From assembly GCA_036630325.1 (NCBI GenBank), contig CP142732.1, positions 496,001 through 560,000 on the forward strand: DNA of 64,000 nucleotides. Reading direction: 5' to 3'. The position numbers were made by a program, and so were the translations under genes. This DNA comes from Vairimorpha necatrix. Taxonomy: Eukaryota. How positions within the stretch are numbered: position 1 is the stretch's first letter; each line of letters starts with the position of its first letter. The notes below the pieces were generated by a model. That model did not search any database. It was given only the letters and a program-made list of their open reading frames with translations, and was not told the origin of the DNA. This document shows, one piece after another, positions 11,028 to 23,808 of this stretch.

Positions 11028-13024
11028 AGGGGAAAATTCAAAAGAATAATTATTTGATATATTAAAAAAAATCAACAAACGAAACATGCTTTTTCTAAGA
11101 TACTTTTTTTTTTGATTGTTCCGGACCATGCACAGTATCAACAAATAGCCGAGTATTGTTTCTTATAGATAAATATAATTTTTATAATACAGAAGTCGAA
11201 TTGTGCAATTTTTCAGCTCATTTAGTCTTTGACAGCAATCTAAAAAATCATGTCTTTTTGCCATGAAAAGTGAACTCCAAATTTTAATTTTTAGAAAACA
11301 ATATGTGTAAGTTTATTTTATATAATTTTAATGCTAGGTATCTCACCTTTATTGTTATTATAACGTCAATGTTTGACACTTTGCAAATGACCTTTGATAA
11401 TTGTAATTTATCTAAAAAATTATTTTGTAGAAAAGAATTTTTTGTTAATGAAAAATCGCAATAATACTATTCGCGATAACATGTTAGAAGTAAACTTTTT
11501 TCTAAGCAATAAAAGATAAAATTGTGCACTTTGTTTGTAAGATCCTTAGTATGTAAATAACAAGCTAAATAAAATCTTGTCGATGGCACTGACCTTAAGC
11601 AAAATTTTGTTATAAGTTGGCATTTAGATCTTACTTACTCTACTAATGATTTTAAGACGTCACAAAAGTTTATAAGTTACTATAAATAATATAATTGCGA
11701 TAAACTTCGCACCTATAATCAATGTATTTAGAATAAAATTAAAATGCTGATTGTTTTAGTTTTTGTTAAAGTAAATGAAGTTTTTCTATTAGACTTTAGC
11801 ATTTGCTTGTATCAACACAGGTCGAATCGCATCCGGTGCTTGTGACGTACTTCTGGCTGTAAGTAAGAAAAATAATGTTAATAGTAGATGCCTCAAACAT
11901 CGCAAAATTATATTTAAATTGCAAAACTTTATATTTTAGGATCATATTCTTTGAGCGCTAGTATAAGCTTAAAAATTTGTGCAAGATTGGTCAAAAACGC
12001 AATACCATTATTTTTATACCATCTAAAAATATTTATTAATTGCTAATATGCCATAAAAGGAATTCAATAAAAATAAATGAATAAAAATCGGAATATTATG
12101 AAAGTAAAAAATATTTCACCAAACGTATGAATAGTGATAAAATTATTTTAATCAGGTTTATTATTTGTTTTTCTCATAAAAAATTTCCCTTCAGTCTTCT
12201 AAACATCTTCTTGTTAAATGCAACTTCTTTTGCGCACTCGATAAATTGAGGTTATGAAATATTTTAATGATAAATTTAATCAATTATATAAGATGAATTC
12301 ACCACCGAGGTTGCTATAATTGGAGACTACATAATGCAATATATATTTTTTATTTTTTCACCTTAATTGCTATTTAAAATCTTGTTTTTTCAAACTTCTT
12401 TTGATCTAAGCTTTTATCATTTAATCTGTGTTCTGTATTATGATTGAAAGAATCCTCTATTTGTATGCAGAATTGACTCTTTACTGCAGCTATTATTCAT
12501 ATTGTTAAGTAAGTCATTACTTTGACTGTCGTTTGCAGAAACTATTGCAAGTTTTAAGGAAGAGCTTGACATATTTGCATATGACGATTATTTTGTTTTT
12601 AACTCATACTTTAAATTCAATAATATAATGTAAAGTCTGTTTACTTTAATTAAAGATAAAAAAGATTTTAAATTGTAATATATATTATATATCTAAAATT
12701 ACATCACAGCGGTTTTATAAATTAAAGGATATATCATGTGGTAAATGCGCAACCCCCCCCCCCATTTTACCATTTATTACATACAATTTTTTTCTGTGTC
12801 ATTAATTGACGATATGACATTGTAATTTTTAAGTTAGAGTTCAAAAAATAATTTAAGACTAAAATTTATAATATTTGTAATAAAATTTTGATTGTCAGAG
12901 TCGAAAAAATCAGGAAAATAAGCAAAATATCCTAAAAAAATATAAAGTTAATTTACATATCTATAAAATTTATAAATTACTGAAAAATATGTTTGTTCAT
13001 TAATACAAAATGTATATGCGTATG

Positions 13025-16000
13025 TGTCGTAACCTCGGGTGAGGTGTCCGAAACGAAGTTGTTGTTCTATGAATGAACAAATAAAGGGTTTTGTTTTAAT
13101 TAAGTGTTTATTTTTATGATCTCTCTGTGGAGTCATGTTTACTTGTTGTCTCTCTGAGCTATTATATCTTTGCATCTTTTAGTGTGCCCTTCTTTTCATA
13201 TTTTTTTATTTATAGAAAATATTTTCTAAAAATTCACTTTTTCTAAAAATTGAAAATATAAAAAATTTAAGAAATAATTGTGGTGGATACCACATCCTGC
13301 CTCTCTCATGGTTTGACGTTTCTTACGTGAACCCAATCTTCAATTCCTTGTACCTTTATCCATCGCTGCTTTTTGCCTACTTCTGTTATGTAGTACGGTC
13401 CGATGTATTCCTTATCCGTAAGCTTAGTATTTTGATTCTTAATGTAAACTTCTTGTCCTATCTGATATTTTTCCTTGACTTCTGAAGACGCAGTATGGGG
13501 CTTATAAGTAATCGGGGTTTGGTCTAAATCAAAGAAATTATATCCTCTTAATATTATTTTAGGTGACAGCTTGATTGTCCTATTCGTATTCTCATTAAGT
13601 CTAAAGTTTATCTTTCTTGTTATTGATTTAATCTCTTTTCCTTTATTCATTTTTATCACTTCCGTGATCGTCTTATTAATCGCCTCACTTATTCCATTTG
13701 CATAAGGCGCATAAGGGGGAATAAGTATGTGAATGATGTCGTTTTCTGTTAAGTATTGTTCGACTTCTTTATTCCTAAACTCGGTACCATTATCTGATAT
13801 AAGTGATTTAGGTTTCTTATGTTTATTAATCCATTTATTTAAACATGATAACACACTTTCGCTATTTGCATTATATGTAAAGTAAACTCTTGATAACCTT
13901 GTGAATATGTCCGTTATAGTTATGTAATATCCTTTTTCGGTAACTTCATCGTGTGATATTCCTTCTAAACTGAATGGTCCGTATGTATCTGTAGAGATCT
14001 TTTCAAAAATATTAGAGGCTCTTATATTAACGCTTGGCCTTTTCTTTTCATGTTTTATCTTATAGTGTTTACACTTCCTGCACTCTCGAATTACTTCTAC
14101 AACTTTAAGTTTTATATTTTCAATTTTGTAATATCGATAAATGTTTTCGTACGTCTTCGTAACCCCTACGTGTCCACTAAACTTATGAATTAACTTTATA
14201 AAGCGGAGGTCCTTTTCCTGTTTAATAATTCTCCTGTTTTTCTCGTCTCTTTCTCCTGTTAAAAATTCTTTTACTCTTTTTGCAAACTTTCCTTCTTTCG
14301 TCAGTTTTATTTGATTTATCATTGTTAATCTTGATAATGTATCAGCTACGTTATTTTTGCTCCCTTCTATTTTGACTAGTTCAACATTGAAGTCTTGTAA
14401 TAGCAAATGCCATCTTTTCATTCTGGATGTCGCTGCCGTGTTTATTGTAATACAATTTTTATTATCCGAATAGATTATGGTGTGATAACCTTGTACTATA
14501 TTTCTGAAGAATAACACGCATTTTGTTATTGCATATAATTCCTTTTCGACGATGGAGTAGTTCTTTTCTGTGCTATTCAATTTTTTACTATAATAACCTA
14601 ATGTTCCATGATCTTGGTAAAGTATGCCTCCAATACCTATGTTAGAAGCGTCGCATTCCAATTTAAAAACTCTTGAAAAGTCGGGGAACTTCAAGGCACT
14701 TCCTTCCTTAATTTCGTTGCATATCTTTTGTATGCATTTGTTATGGTCCTCGTTTATTTTTATTTCCTTTGATTTTAATAAATCTGTTATTTTATTGATC
14801 CGTGTACTTAAATCTTTCACAAATGGTCTATACCAATTTAAAAGTCCTATTAGGCATTGTAAATCTCTTTTAGTTTTTATTTCTTTATTGAATATCTTAT
14901 GTTCTAAATATTTTAAGTCGGGTTCTATGCCTCGTGAAGATATGAGATATCCTAAAAGGGTTATCTTTTCCTGGTGAAAATGAGATTTGCCTAGATTGAT
15001 TTGTATATTATTGTTTCCTAATCGTGTAATAACCTCTTCTAATATTTTGTCGTGTTCGTGTATTGTATTCGCAAAAATTACTATATCATCAATGTAAACG
15101 AAAACATTAGGTATGTCTCCGAGAACACTCAAAATTACTCGTTGGAAAAGTTTCGGTCCTATCTTTAACCCAAATGGTATCCTTACATATTGATAGCGTT
15201 GATTGAAGAGTACAAATGTAGTTAGGGGTCGCGACTCTTTGGCCAGCGGTATCTGGTTAAAACTATTTTTTAAATCTAATTGCGTAAATATCTTCTTTTC
15301 TCCAATACCTTTTATGTTTTCTAAAATGTTTGGGATACTGCAAGGTTCATCAATTAAATAATTATTTAAGTAACGGTAGTCTATGACAAGTCGTACTTGT
15401 CCATTTTTCTTACAAATCAAAAATCCTGGTGACGTAATGTGGCTCTCAGATTTCTCTATAATGCCTTCGTGGATTAACCGTGTTATCTCTTCTTGAGCCG
15501 GTATTTTAAATTTTTCTGGTACCGGATAGTTCTTATATTGAGTAACTATGTCCTGTTCCGTTATATTTAGATTTATTGGTTTCATATATATAGGTTGACT
15601 TGTATTTAGCTTTTCAGTATACTCTTTAAGTAATTTGTCAGTAAATTCATGTTCTGTATCAAATTCTCGATGACAAGCGAATTTTTCGAAAAAAATCTTG
15701 TCTGGTTCTGACACTTCCTCTTGTGGTTGACTTTCGTGAATCAACGGTATTTTTATTTTTTTCAATCTCATTTCATAATTCTCATAGTCAATTATGCATC
15801 CATTGTTGCTTAAAAATACATTTCCTAGTATTAAATGATGTGCTGGATTATCCATAAGGTAAAATTCACTAATGAAGGGTTCCGCGCATTCCTTAGTCAT
15901 AAATTTCATATCTGCCGTTTCATTTAAGGTAATTACTTGGCTGTTCCCGAATAATACCTTAATTTGCTGATTTTCGCGTTTATCAAGGTTAAGTCTTTCT

Positions 16001-17208
16001 ACTAGATTTGCACTAACGATGTTTCTAGTGGACGCCGTGTCTATTAATGCGGTAATTTCTTCATTGTTGATCAATTTTACTTTTATAAAAATATCTGTTA
16101 TTGGCTCTGTGGGTTCAAATATCATCGTATTATGTCGTTCAGTTTTTCTAAATGTCTTATTTTCGGCACTATGACCAACATAGTTTTGCTTCTTCTTAGG
16201 TAATATGCTAGAATTTGACGCGTTAAATTTTACTGGGTTATTGGTTTTCCCGTTTTCATTCCAGCTTTTTGTAGCGGAATATTTTTTTTGATTTTCTAAT
16301 TGAAGATTACAGATGTTTAGATTGCTTAACTCTTGTTCTAGTAAGTTGTTAATTAATTTCTTCTCGTAGTTTAATAGGTAATTATAAAGTGTATCAAAAT
16401 CTTCATCCTTCTCCAGGGATTGGACGTGGAGTTTTGTAAACCGTCCTAGGTTATTTAAAAAGGTGTCATGTAATTTTCTAGCGTACTCAGTTTTGGTGGT
16501 TTTTATTAAGGTGGTATAAATCTTCAGGCAAGTCTCTATCTCTTGCAAATATTCTTTAATAGTTTTGTAGTTATTTTGGTAGATTCTGTCTAGTTTCTTG
16601 GCGATCAAGGAGTAGGAACTCTTTGGGTACTTTAGTTTCACTAATTCTTCTTTCATGCTTTCGTAGCTCTTAGAAAATATATCTCGATCCACGTCTGGAT
16701 CTCGGAATAGATTGTTTAAAATTAGCTGAAGGTTTTCTTCTGTCCAAGATTGCTGTTTCATAAGGGATTCAAATTCTTTGAACCAGTGGAAAATATCAAC
16801 ATTCTCTAGATCATCTACCTGTAATATATCGACAGTGAATTTAGTCGTTTGCCCGGGGATTGGGACTTCAAATTTTACGTATTTCTTATTCTTTGTAGTT
16901 TCGTTCATGGGATCTTTTTTCTTATTTGATATCAAATTGTCGTAACCTCGGGTGAGGTGTCCGAAACATAGTTGTTGTTCTATGAATGAACAAATAAAGG
17001 GGTTTGTTTTAATTAAGTGTTTATTTTTATGATCTCTCTGTGGAGTCATGTTTACTTGTTGTCTCTCTGAGCTATTATATCTTTGCATCTTTTAGTGTGC
17101 CCTTCTTTTCATATTTTTTTATTTATAGAAAATATTTTCTAAAAATTCACTTTTTCTAAAAATTGAAAAATATGAAAAATTTAAGAAATAATTGTGGTGG
17201 ATACCACA
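13025..17208 (-). mobile_element. Ty3/gypsy LTR retrotransposon 2, apparently intact
   Basis: LTRs 13025-13294 and 16938-17208 (270/271 bp, about 5 differences), TG..CA ends; TSD GTATG on both sides; PPT at 13295-13308. Confidence 0.97.
13306..17088 (-). CDS. Gag-Pol polyprotein (gag, PR, RT, RNase H, integrase); likely start 16908
   Basis: LIDTAS, YIDD, ECDAS/ADTLSR, HHCC zinc finger, STDTYG/SDNGTEF/SEAIN DDE triad; single open frame; CCC precedes ATG 16908. Confidence 0.95.
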   Translation of the reverse strand: MQRYNSSERQQVNMTPQRDHKNKHLIKTNPFICSFIEQQLCFGHLTRGYDNLISNKKKDPMNETTKNKKYVKFEVPIPGQTTKFTVDILQVDDLENVDIFHWFKEFESLMKQQSWTEENLQLILNNLFRDPDVDRDIFSKSYESMKEELVKLKYPKSSYSLIAKKLDRIYQNNYKTIKEYLQEIETCLKIYTTLIKTTKTEYARKLHDTFLNNLGRFTKLHVQSLEKDEDFDTLYNYLLNYEKKLINNLLEQELSNLNICNLQLENQKKYSATKSWNENGKTNNPVKFNASNSSILPKKKQNYVGHSAENKTFRKTERHNTMIFEPTEPITDIFIKVKLINNEEITALIDTASTRNIVSANLVERLNLDKRENQQIKVLFGNSQVITLNETADMKFMTKECAEPFISEFYLMDNPAHHLILGNVFLSNNGCIIDYENYEMRLKKIKIPLIHESQPQEEVSEPDKIFFEKFACHREFDTEHEFTDKLLKEYTEKLNTSQPIYMKPINLNITEQDIVTQYKNYPVPEKFKIPAQEEITRLIHEGIIEKSESHITSPGFLICKKNGQVRLVIDYRYLNNYLIDEPCSIPNILENIKGIGEKKIFTQLDLKNSFNQIPLAKESRPLTTFVLFNQRYQYVRIPFGLKIGPKLFQRVILSVLGDIPNVFVYIDDIVIFANTIHEHDKILEEVITRLGNNNIQINLGKSHFHQEKITLLGYLISSRGIEPDLKYLEHKIFNKEIKTKRDLQCLIGLLNWYRPFVKDLSTRINKITDLLKSKEIKINEDHNKCIQKICNEIKEGSALKFPDFSRVFKLECDASNIGIGGILYQDHGTLGYYSKKLNSTEKNYSIVEKELYAITKCVLFFRNIVQGYHTIIYSDNKNCITINTAATSRMKRWHLLLQDFNVELVKIEGSKNNVADTLSRLTMINQIKLTKEGKFAKRVKEFLTGERDEKNRRIIKQEKDLRFIKLIHKFSGHVGVTKTYENIYRYYKIENIKLKVVEVIRECRKCKHYKIKHEKKRPSVNIRASNIFEKISTDTYGPFSLEGISHDEVTEKGYYITITDIFTRLSRVYFTYNANSESVLSCLNKWINKHKKPKSLISDNGTEFRNKEVEQYLTENDIIHILIPPYAPYANGISEAINKTITEVIKMNKGKEIKSITRKINFRLNENTNRTIKLSPKIILRGYNFFDLDQTPITYKPHTASSEVKEKYQIGQEVYIKNQNTKLTDKEYIGPYYITEVGKKQRWIKVQGIEDWVHVRNVKP

Positions 17209-19874
17209 GTATGATAAATAGTTTAGAAATATCATCCAACCAACTGATAATTTGTATTTTACAAATTAATGTAATTTTTTTACATTTTAGATTTAGCAAG
17301 ACAGTTTGTTGAAATAAAAAAAAATTAAACCAAATTTAATCCATTATATGTATCTTATATTTATGTCCACTATTCACAGTGTTTTTTAATAATATTTTTA
17401 TTCTTTACTACGCATATAACATCTATTTTTTATATCTATACTATAATTTTATGAATTTTTATACTCATATTTGCATTGTAATCAATATATATTTAGTGGC
17501 ATTTGCATAATTTTAGTCAGATTGTTCATTATTAGTCTAAGGAAAGGCCTTTAAGTAAAATAGTATCTAGTATATACAGCAATTGTCTTGAATTATTTTC
17601 AAAGTTCTGTTGAGAGCCTCATAGATTCTTTTAAAGACATGAACAAATGCAAAAAGTTAAAGTGGAACGGAGAAAATCAGTAGCTGATGATCTTGTCAGA
17701 TTTGTGTAAAAATTACTTCTACAATTACATAAAAGGAACAAGGTTGCATTTCGTGTAAATCTGTTAGATCTTACTGGCTTGAAGATTTTATCAAAAAAAG
17801 CTAATAAATGCAAAATTCGAAGAATAACAGATTTTAAATGTTTATACAAATGAATTAGTTCCTTGGGGATATACTAAGCCAATCTAGTGATGCAAATTTT
17901 AAGATTGTGTAGATTGAAATTTTAAAAACAACAAAAAAATATGGTTTTTTTTAAAATTAAAAATATAAAAAGCGTAATACTTTTATTCCTCTTGTTAATT
18001 CAATATAAGTATAAAAACGCGGCTAAAAACGTTTATAATCTCAAGAATGTGCTTTAAAATGAAGTTTATAGTTTGAACTGATTGAGTGCGCTTATAAATT
18101 TTTTATTTTGTCTACTCGACATTTCAAAAGACTGCCATTTCCTCATTCAACGATCAAAATAATTAATTAAAATTCACCATATCTATGACGCCAATAAGAT
18201 TAGAATGCAATTGAAATGTAAATAAATATTTATAAAAATTCAATATAAATTAAGATATGAATAGATTCTTTGGGTTAATTCACAATTTTTAAATAATTGA
18301 TGAACCCATTAAAACTTGCTGTAAAACGCCACATTTAATGTGTTCATAATATTCGTGGGATCTATGAAGATTAAAGCTTTTAAAAAAGGTTGTTTATTTA
18401 ATTACCGATATAATGAACTTTCTAAATACGTTTATTGATATCTAAATTTTTTTACATTGATACTATGTAAAGAAGTATAGTTTTTACTATCAGTAGAGAG
18501 TATAAAATTGCAATCTAATCTGTACCGCAAACAAGAGTTTGTAAAAATTTCATCTATAAATTTCACAAGTCAATGTAACATAATTTTTTTTCCTATAAGT
18601 TAGCATCTCACATACAATATGTTTCTATTATGTCCTCATCTAGATATTGTGTACATATGAATAAAACTAAAAGGAATATATATTCTTTAATATTATTGTG
18701 ACTAGTGCAAAATTAAACAAAGCTGATTTTATTTGGACAAAAAACGAGTCAGAAAGAAAATTATGATGTATAAATACGATTTTATACTACTGGCTTACTT
18801 GTAGTTTTTTATAAAATTTCAAATGATTAATTTGAGTATGTCAAATTAGTTCTCTCTTTGATCGGGATTGGTTATAAAAACTATTATATACACATTAGAC
18901 TCGTAAATGAAAGAACATAAATTGTTAAACCTGTCGATACTGTAATTTTAATAATTATAAGAATGCTTTTAGAGTTAGAAATGGATTATTGTCAACCTTA
19001 TATAAATTTAATCGAAAGCCATGTAAAAAGGAAATGCTCATTATGTGTATGAAAATAAAAAAATTGTATTTAATTTGTTCTTAATCTTTATAAGTTACTT
19101 ACTTAAATTTGGACCGAATTTTTTTTGAATAATATAAAAATTTTATACTATAAAAACATTGTCCATGTTAAGTTTCAAAAAAAAATTAGAGAAATGTATT
19201 GATTTTTTTACTTTGTTTGAAATTTATTATCGAAAGCCCCGAGGAGTTAAACATTGGTAAAAATCCCAACCATCTTATCCAGTTATTTACAGAAGTTTAT
19301 AAAGTAAAATAGTCTCATATTCGTTCGAAACGAAAATATAATTACTTTTTAGTAAATATACTTAGTAGGTAGCCAAACTATAAATAGTTGTGTATATAGA
19401 TACTTTTTAATTCTTATTTGAGAACGACAGACGTTTAATCTGTTTTTATGTGCAAGATAGGAGATATAAATGCGGCATTCTTTTCTTTTACTTTGACTCT
19501 AGTGCACAGAGAAATTGTATTCTGTAATCAAATTATTAGCTAATATTGGGATTTTTTATAACTAAGCGAGACGTCGTAGATTGATGTCTTTTGGAGCAAA
19601 TCAACACAAGTAAAACTGGGCTTAATGTTATAAAGTTATTGTATGAGAAATCCTAATAGTGTCTAGATTATAGTGCGGCGATATTGAAGAATATTAGTTT
19701 TTGATTTCTATTAATGAAATAGTGTATATGTCAAGCTATATCGCACATTATTTTTTGTAAATTGGGATATTAAAAAAAACTGCTTCTATTTAACAAAATT
19801 GAATTTAAATAAGAAACAGGGCTCTTATTATGCTTTTATTGTATCTTAAAATAATCTTCATTCTTTTTGTAATA

Positions 19875-20276
19875 TTATATTATTATGGAAAACCAACAAA
19901 TGCAGACATATATAATTCTATATAAGATTGTGAGATTAAATGTTAAAAGGGGCAATACAAAATAGTTTATATATTGAGATTCCATATAATAATTAACCAG
20001 GTATCCTAAAATTTTCAAAGGTGCATAATTCAATTTTTTAAGAATTCTTTTACATGAACGTATAAACCCAGTTTTAGGTTTAAAGATCTTAATCTTCTCG
20101 TAGTCGTCTACTATTATAATACAAATACCTTCTTCATTGTTAATTATATGAATTTCATGTATTCTCAATTTATTCATATTTTTTTGTAATTTATAGCTCA
20201 GATTATCGCTAAAGACAGTTGTTAATAATTCATCTATGAATGCTGTACATATTCCTATGTAAAACGCAAAAATCAT
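19875..20276 (-). CDS. Hypothetical protein with signal peptide and C-terminal hydrophobic segments (paralog A)
   Basis: Clear paralog of 23452..23808 (AFIDELLTTVF, IHIINN, FKPKTGFI). Confidence 0.75.
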   Translation of the reverse strand: MIFAFYIGICTAFIDELLTTVFSDNLSYKLQKNMNKLRIHEIHIINNEEGICIIIVDDYEKIKIFKPKTGFIRSCKRILKKLNYAPLKILGYLVNYYMESQYINYFVLPLLTFNLTILYRIIYVCICWFSIII

Positions 20277-21779
20277 TTTTGTTTGGATAAGTTTTTTGAG
20301 ATTTTATAGATGTTCTGATACAAAATCAACAAATGATAAAGTAAAAAATAGATCTTTTTATTTTTGCAATATTAGTGGTTAATCAATTATAGATCAGTTA
20401 TTATCTCTTATATATTTTCTCGTTTCATGATTTATTATTTAAAATATATATGACTAATAATCAAACAAAACGCTATATTTTATAATCATAAAATTTCTGA
20501 AATAGATTTTTAACTTTTTTTAAAATCCTTTATTATATTAAATTTATCAGTAATCGATTACGATATAAAAATTTCTTAGATAGACGATGATGATAATGAT
20601 TAAGATTTTTAATTATATTTAAAATAATTTTCAAATATTAAGATTGTCATATTCCCCAAACCCTATTTAAAATGTATCTCGCTGCAATTCTTAATCTGTT
20701 TTGTAATCTCAAGCAATCGAACATGAAACGTAATGTTTCACAAACAAATAACACAAGATGATGCTTCAGTATATATACCGCTACAATACAGAATATAAAA
20801 AAAGAAGCGTACAGGCTTAAAAAGCTATTTTTAAAAAAGAACTTACGAAATATTTATTTTTTTATGTCAATTGAAAAAAAAAAGGATTTCGCTTTCTCCG
20901 GTTAAAGATAATTCATTTCATTTGAAGATAAAATAAACAACGTTGTATTTATTTTAAATCATAGCTAATCACATATTATATATTTATTTAAAATCCATTA
21001 ATTACGTCACAATTTCTTGTATCAACATCTGTTCATCATAGGTTCTATATCCATAAACTTATCACTTGAAAGGTGTTTATATGCATCCTTTACAAAAATA
21101 TTGCACATACCCGACGATAACTGGCAGATGCTATCAGACCCGAGTTTTATTTGGACCTATGAGAGATTATGGCCTTAAATCGTACTGCTGATTATAATTT
21201 ATCTTCCGTTCCAATGTGCAGACCACCTCAATTCGATATCTCTAATCCAGAAGGTCTTATGTTAAAATTTCTTTAAAAGGTAACCAAATTATACACAAAT
21301 GGGCTTTCTCAGTTACGACTAATTGGCGTGCCAATATACTATTGGCATGTCTTCTTTCAATATAGCATAAATTACATATATCCGTCCAAAGAATATATCT
21401 TATTATACTATTTTATTGACAAAAATTTTTAGGAAAAGTGCTTTTTTAGCTTTAAGATTTTGATCTAAAGATTGATGAAGTTAAGATCTAATTCAGAAGA
21501 ACGCGCTTTGTAATGGTCAAAATCATATGTAATTTACAAAGAGTTGGGCACGATTTGACAAGTACGAAAAAATTTAGTTACAAGATTTTGAATCCTTTCG
21601 AATGAGAATTGTAACGATGCAAATTGAGAATATTGTATGCGATAAAATTTCTTGGGGATGTATGTATATGCGGAAAACGTATCTTAATGTTGAAAATAAA
21701 CAAGCTTGTGTGCTAATCTGTTGTATGCAAAGCAATAATTGGTTAAAAGGCACTTGGCTGATAAATTTGGAAATTTTTT

Positions 21780-21920
21780 CAAGCCAGAACAAGATAACAG
21801 ACAAAGTAGAGTAACAGATCTCGTTGATTTTATGATACAAGATTCTTTACACTAGGCCAAAACTTATGAAAGAATGATGGTTAAAACAGCTCAAAAATGC
21901 GGGAAGTTGGTAAGAATGGG
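21780..21920 (+). mobile_element. Old internal fragment of the SINE family
   Basis: CAGACAAAGTAGAG..TCTCGT..TACAAGATTCTTTACACTAGGCCAAAACT matches 45855-45926. Confidence 0.55.
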
Positions 21921-23451
21921 CACGCCCTTGCATAGATGCAGTCAATGTCGTAAATTTTCCGTTTTGGTGCGACGATTATCAAGATAAAATTTTTTTTTTG
22001 TATCGTACCGAACGATTTTATTTCTGTGAATATTTATTGAACAAAAATAAAATAATATAAAGCTGAGTTTACTAGATCAAACATCCAATGGAAAAAGTGC
22101 TACTTCTGGACCGAAAAGCTTAAAGATTGATTAGTTGTAAACTCTACAATATCATCCGAATCGTTTTAATTGATAACAATGCCTAACTAAAAAAATTCCT
22201 AACATTTCTTTGTATGATAGGAAAATTAAACAATAGCCTTTCTAAAAAAAACAATTCAAGATCTTGCATGCAAAAATGATTTTGTAAAGATATCCAAGCA
22301 ACTATTGTCTACGAAACAAAAACTCAGCTGTCAAAATGGCAAACACACTGTAAAGGATTCAGATTATAATTTGAAATTTTAATGTTCGTAATAACTAAAA
22401 AAGGTTACAGATTTAATTGTTTTAAGGAAATATACGGACATAAAATAACTATAAAAATGCTGAAAAGGTATTAAAATTGATGTTCAAGGAATTTTATGCA
22501 CAATTTGCATTTATACGTTATAAATAATTTTTTTAACCATGCCATAGGTCCTATTATATGATTTTTACATATAATAAATTGGGATTGCCCGTTTTGCCAA
22601 TTGTTTAACTTTAAAATATAGCATTATAAATATCAAACTAGTTTAGCTGCAAAATAGAATGTAAAATCGGCAGGGAAAACTCAAAGACACATTGACCGTA
22701 TGCGTTTAGTATATACAATAGATTAAAATCAATAAAAAACATATAAGAGCCTTTGTTTTTTCTTTCACAAAGCATAAATTTCATATTTAAAAGCCTTGAG
22801 AGTAATTTTACAGCTTAAAATTTAAATGCTATTTCGTAATCGTTAATAAAGTTTCTCGACATATTTTTGAAATAAAATCTAAAATAAGTGTGCAGTGATT
22901 ACCGCACTTAGTTGCGCAACGATCGCTGTATCTGTAAAAGCAAGCGGTATAGATTTGTTATTATAAGTGATTAAAATTTAGTTTCATGGGAGTATGAGAT
23001 CTTTAAACTGCTCAGAAAAATCACATATTTAATCATAAACTTTAAAGAACTATGATTTTTTAGCATAGATTTATTTTATGTTCTTATATGTTTTCTCGAC
23101 TAAGCGAGAGGTATTGTGGTCGATGGCATTTTAATATTAAAATTATGATATTCTTTATGTTAAAATAAAAATCAAATAGCAAGGTTCGTCAATAGATATG
23201 TACAAGACAAATTATTTGAACTATGAAACTGCTGATATGCGCTATACAAATGGCTTCATTAAGTAAACAAAAATATTAATTTTTTGAAGTTACTGTCAGT
23301 TATTAAAGTTGAATTTATAATTAGTACGGATAAAAACAAAATATTTATTTTCTTTTTATGCTTTGATTTTGGCCCAGTATGTTTTGAGGTAGGGATTTTT
23401 TGTGAGACAAGTTATTTTTGATTTTCTTGAAAATATATACTGATTAAAACC

Positions 23452-23808
23452 TTAGAAAATTGGAGAATAAAAAGTCATTATAGGCAAGAAAATATTGTTT
23501 CTAATATATTGTGCAACAATATAAATAAATATGGTGCCTAAAATTTCTATAGGTACATCTTTTAGCTTTTTTAGAATTTTATAACATGAATGTATAAAAC
23601 CAGTTTTAGGTTTGAATAGTTTTATTGTCTCATATGTGTCCACTAAAGTGACATAAAGACCTTCATCGTTATTTATAATATGTATTTCGTTTATTCTCCT
23701 TTCATCCATTTTCTTTATTAATTCATTTCTTAGAATATCGTTAAAAACAGTAGTTAACAATTCATCTATAAATGCCTTACATATTGTCATGTAGAATCCA
23801 AGAATCAT
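23452..23808 (-). CDS. Hypothetical protein, paralog B (likely start MILGFY at 23808)
   Basis: Aligns with 19875..20276 from this ATG. Confidence 0.75.
   Translation of the reverse strand: MILGFYMTICKAFIDELLTTVFNDILRNELIKKMDERRINEIHIINNDEGLYVTLVDTYETIKLFKPKTGFIHSCYKILKKLKDVPIEILGTIFIYIVAQYIRNNIFLPIMTFYSPIF

Noticed and set aside
12948-13175. 75-aa ORF duplicating the gypsy-2 N-terminus
   Set aside because: It is just the 3' LTR copy read through into the flank.
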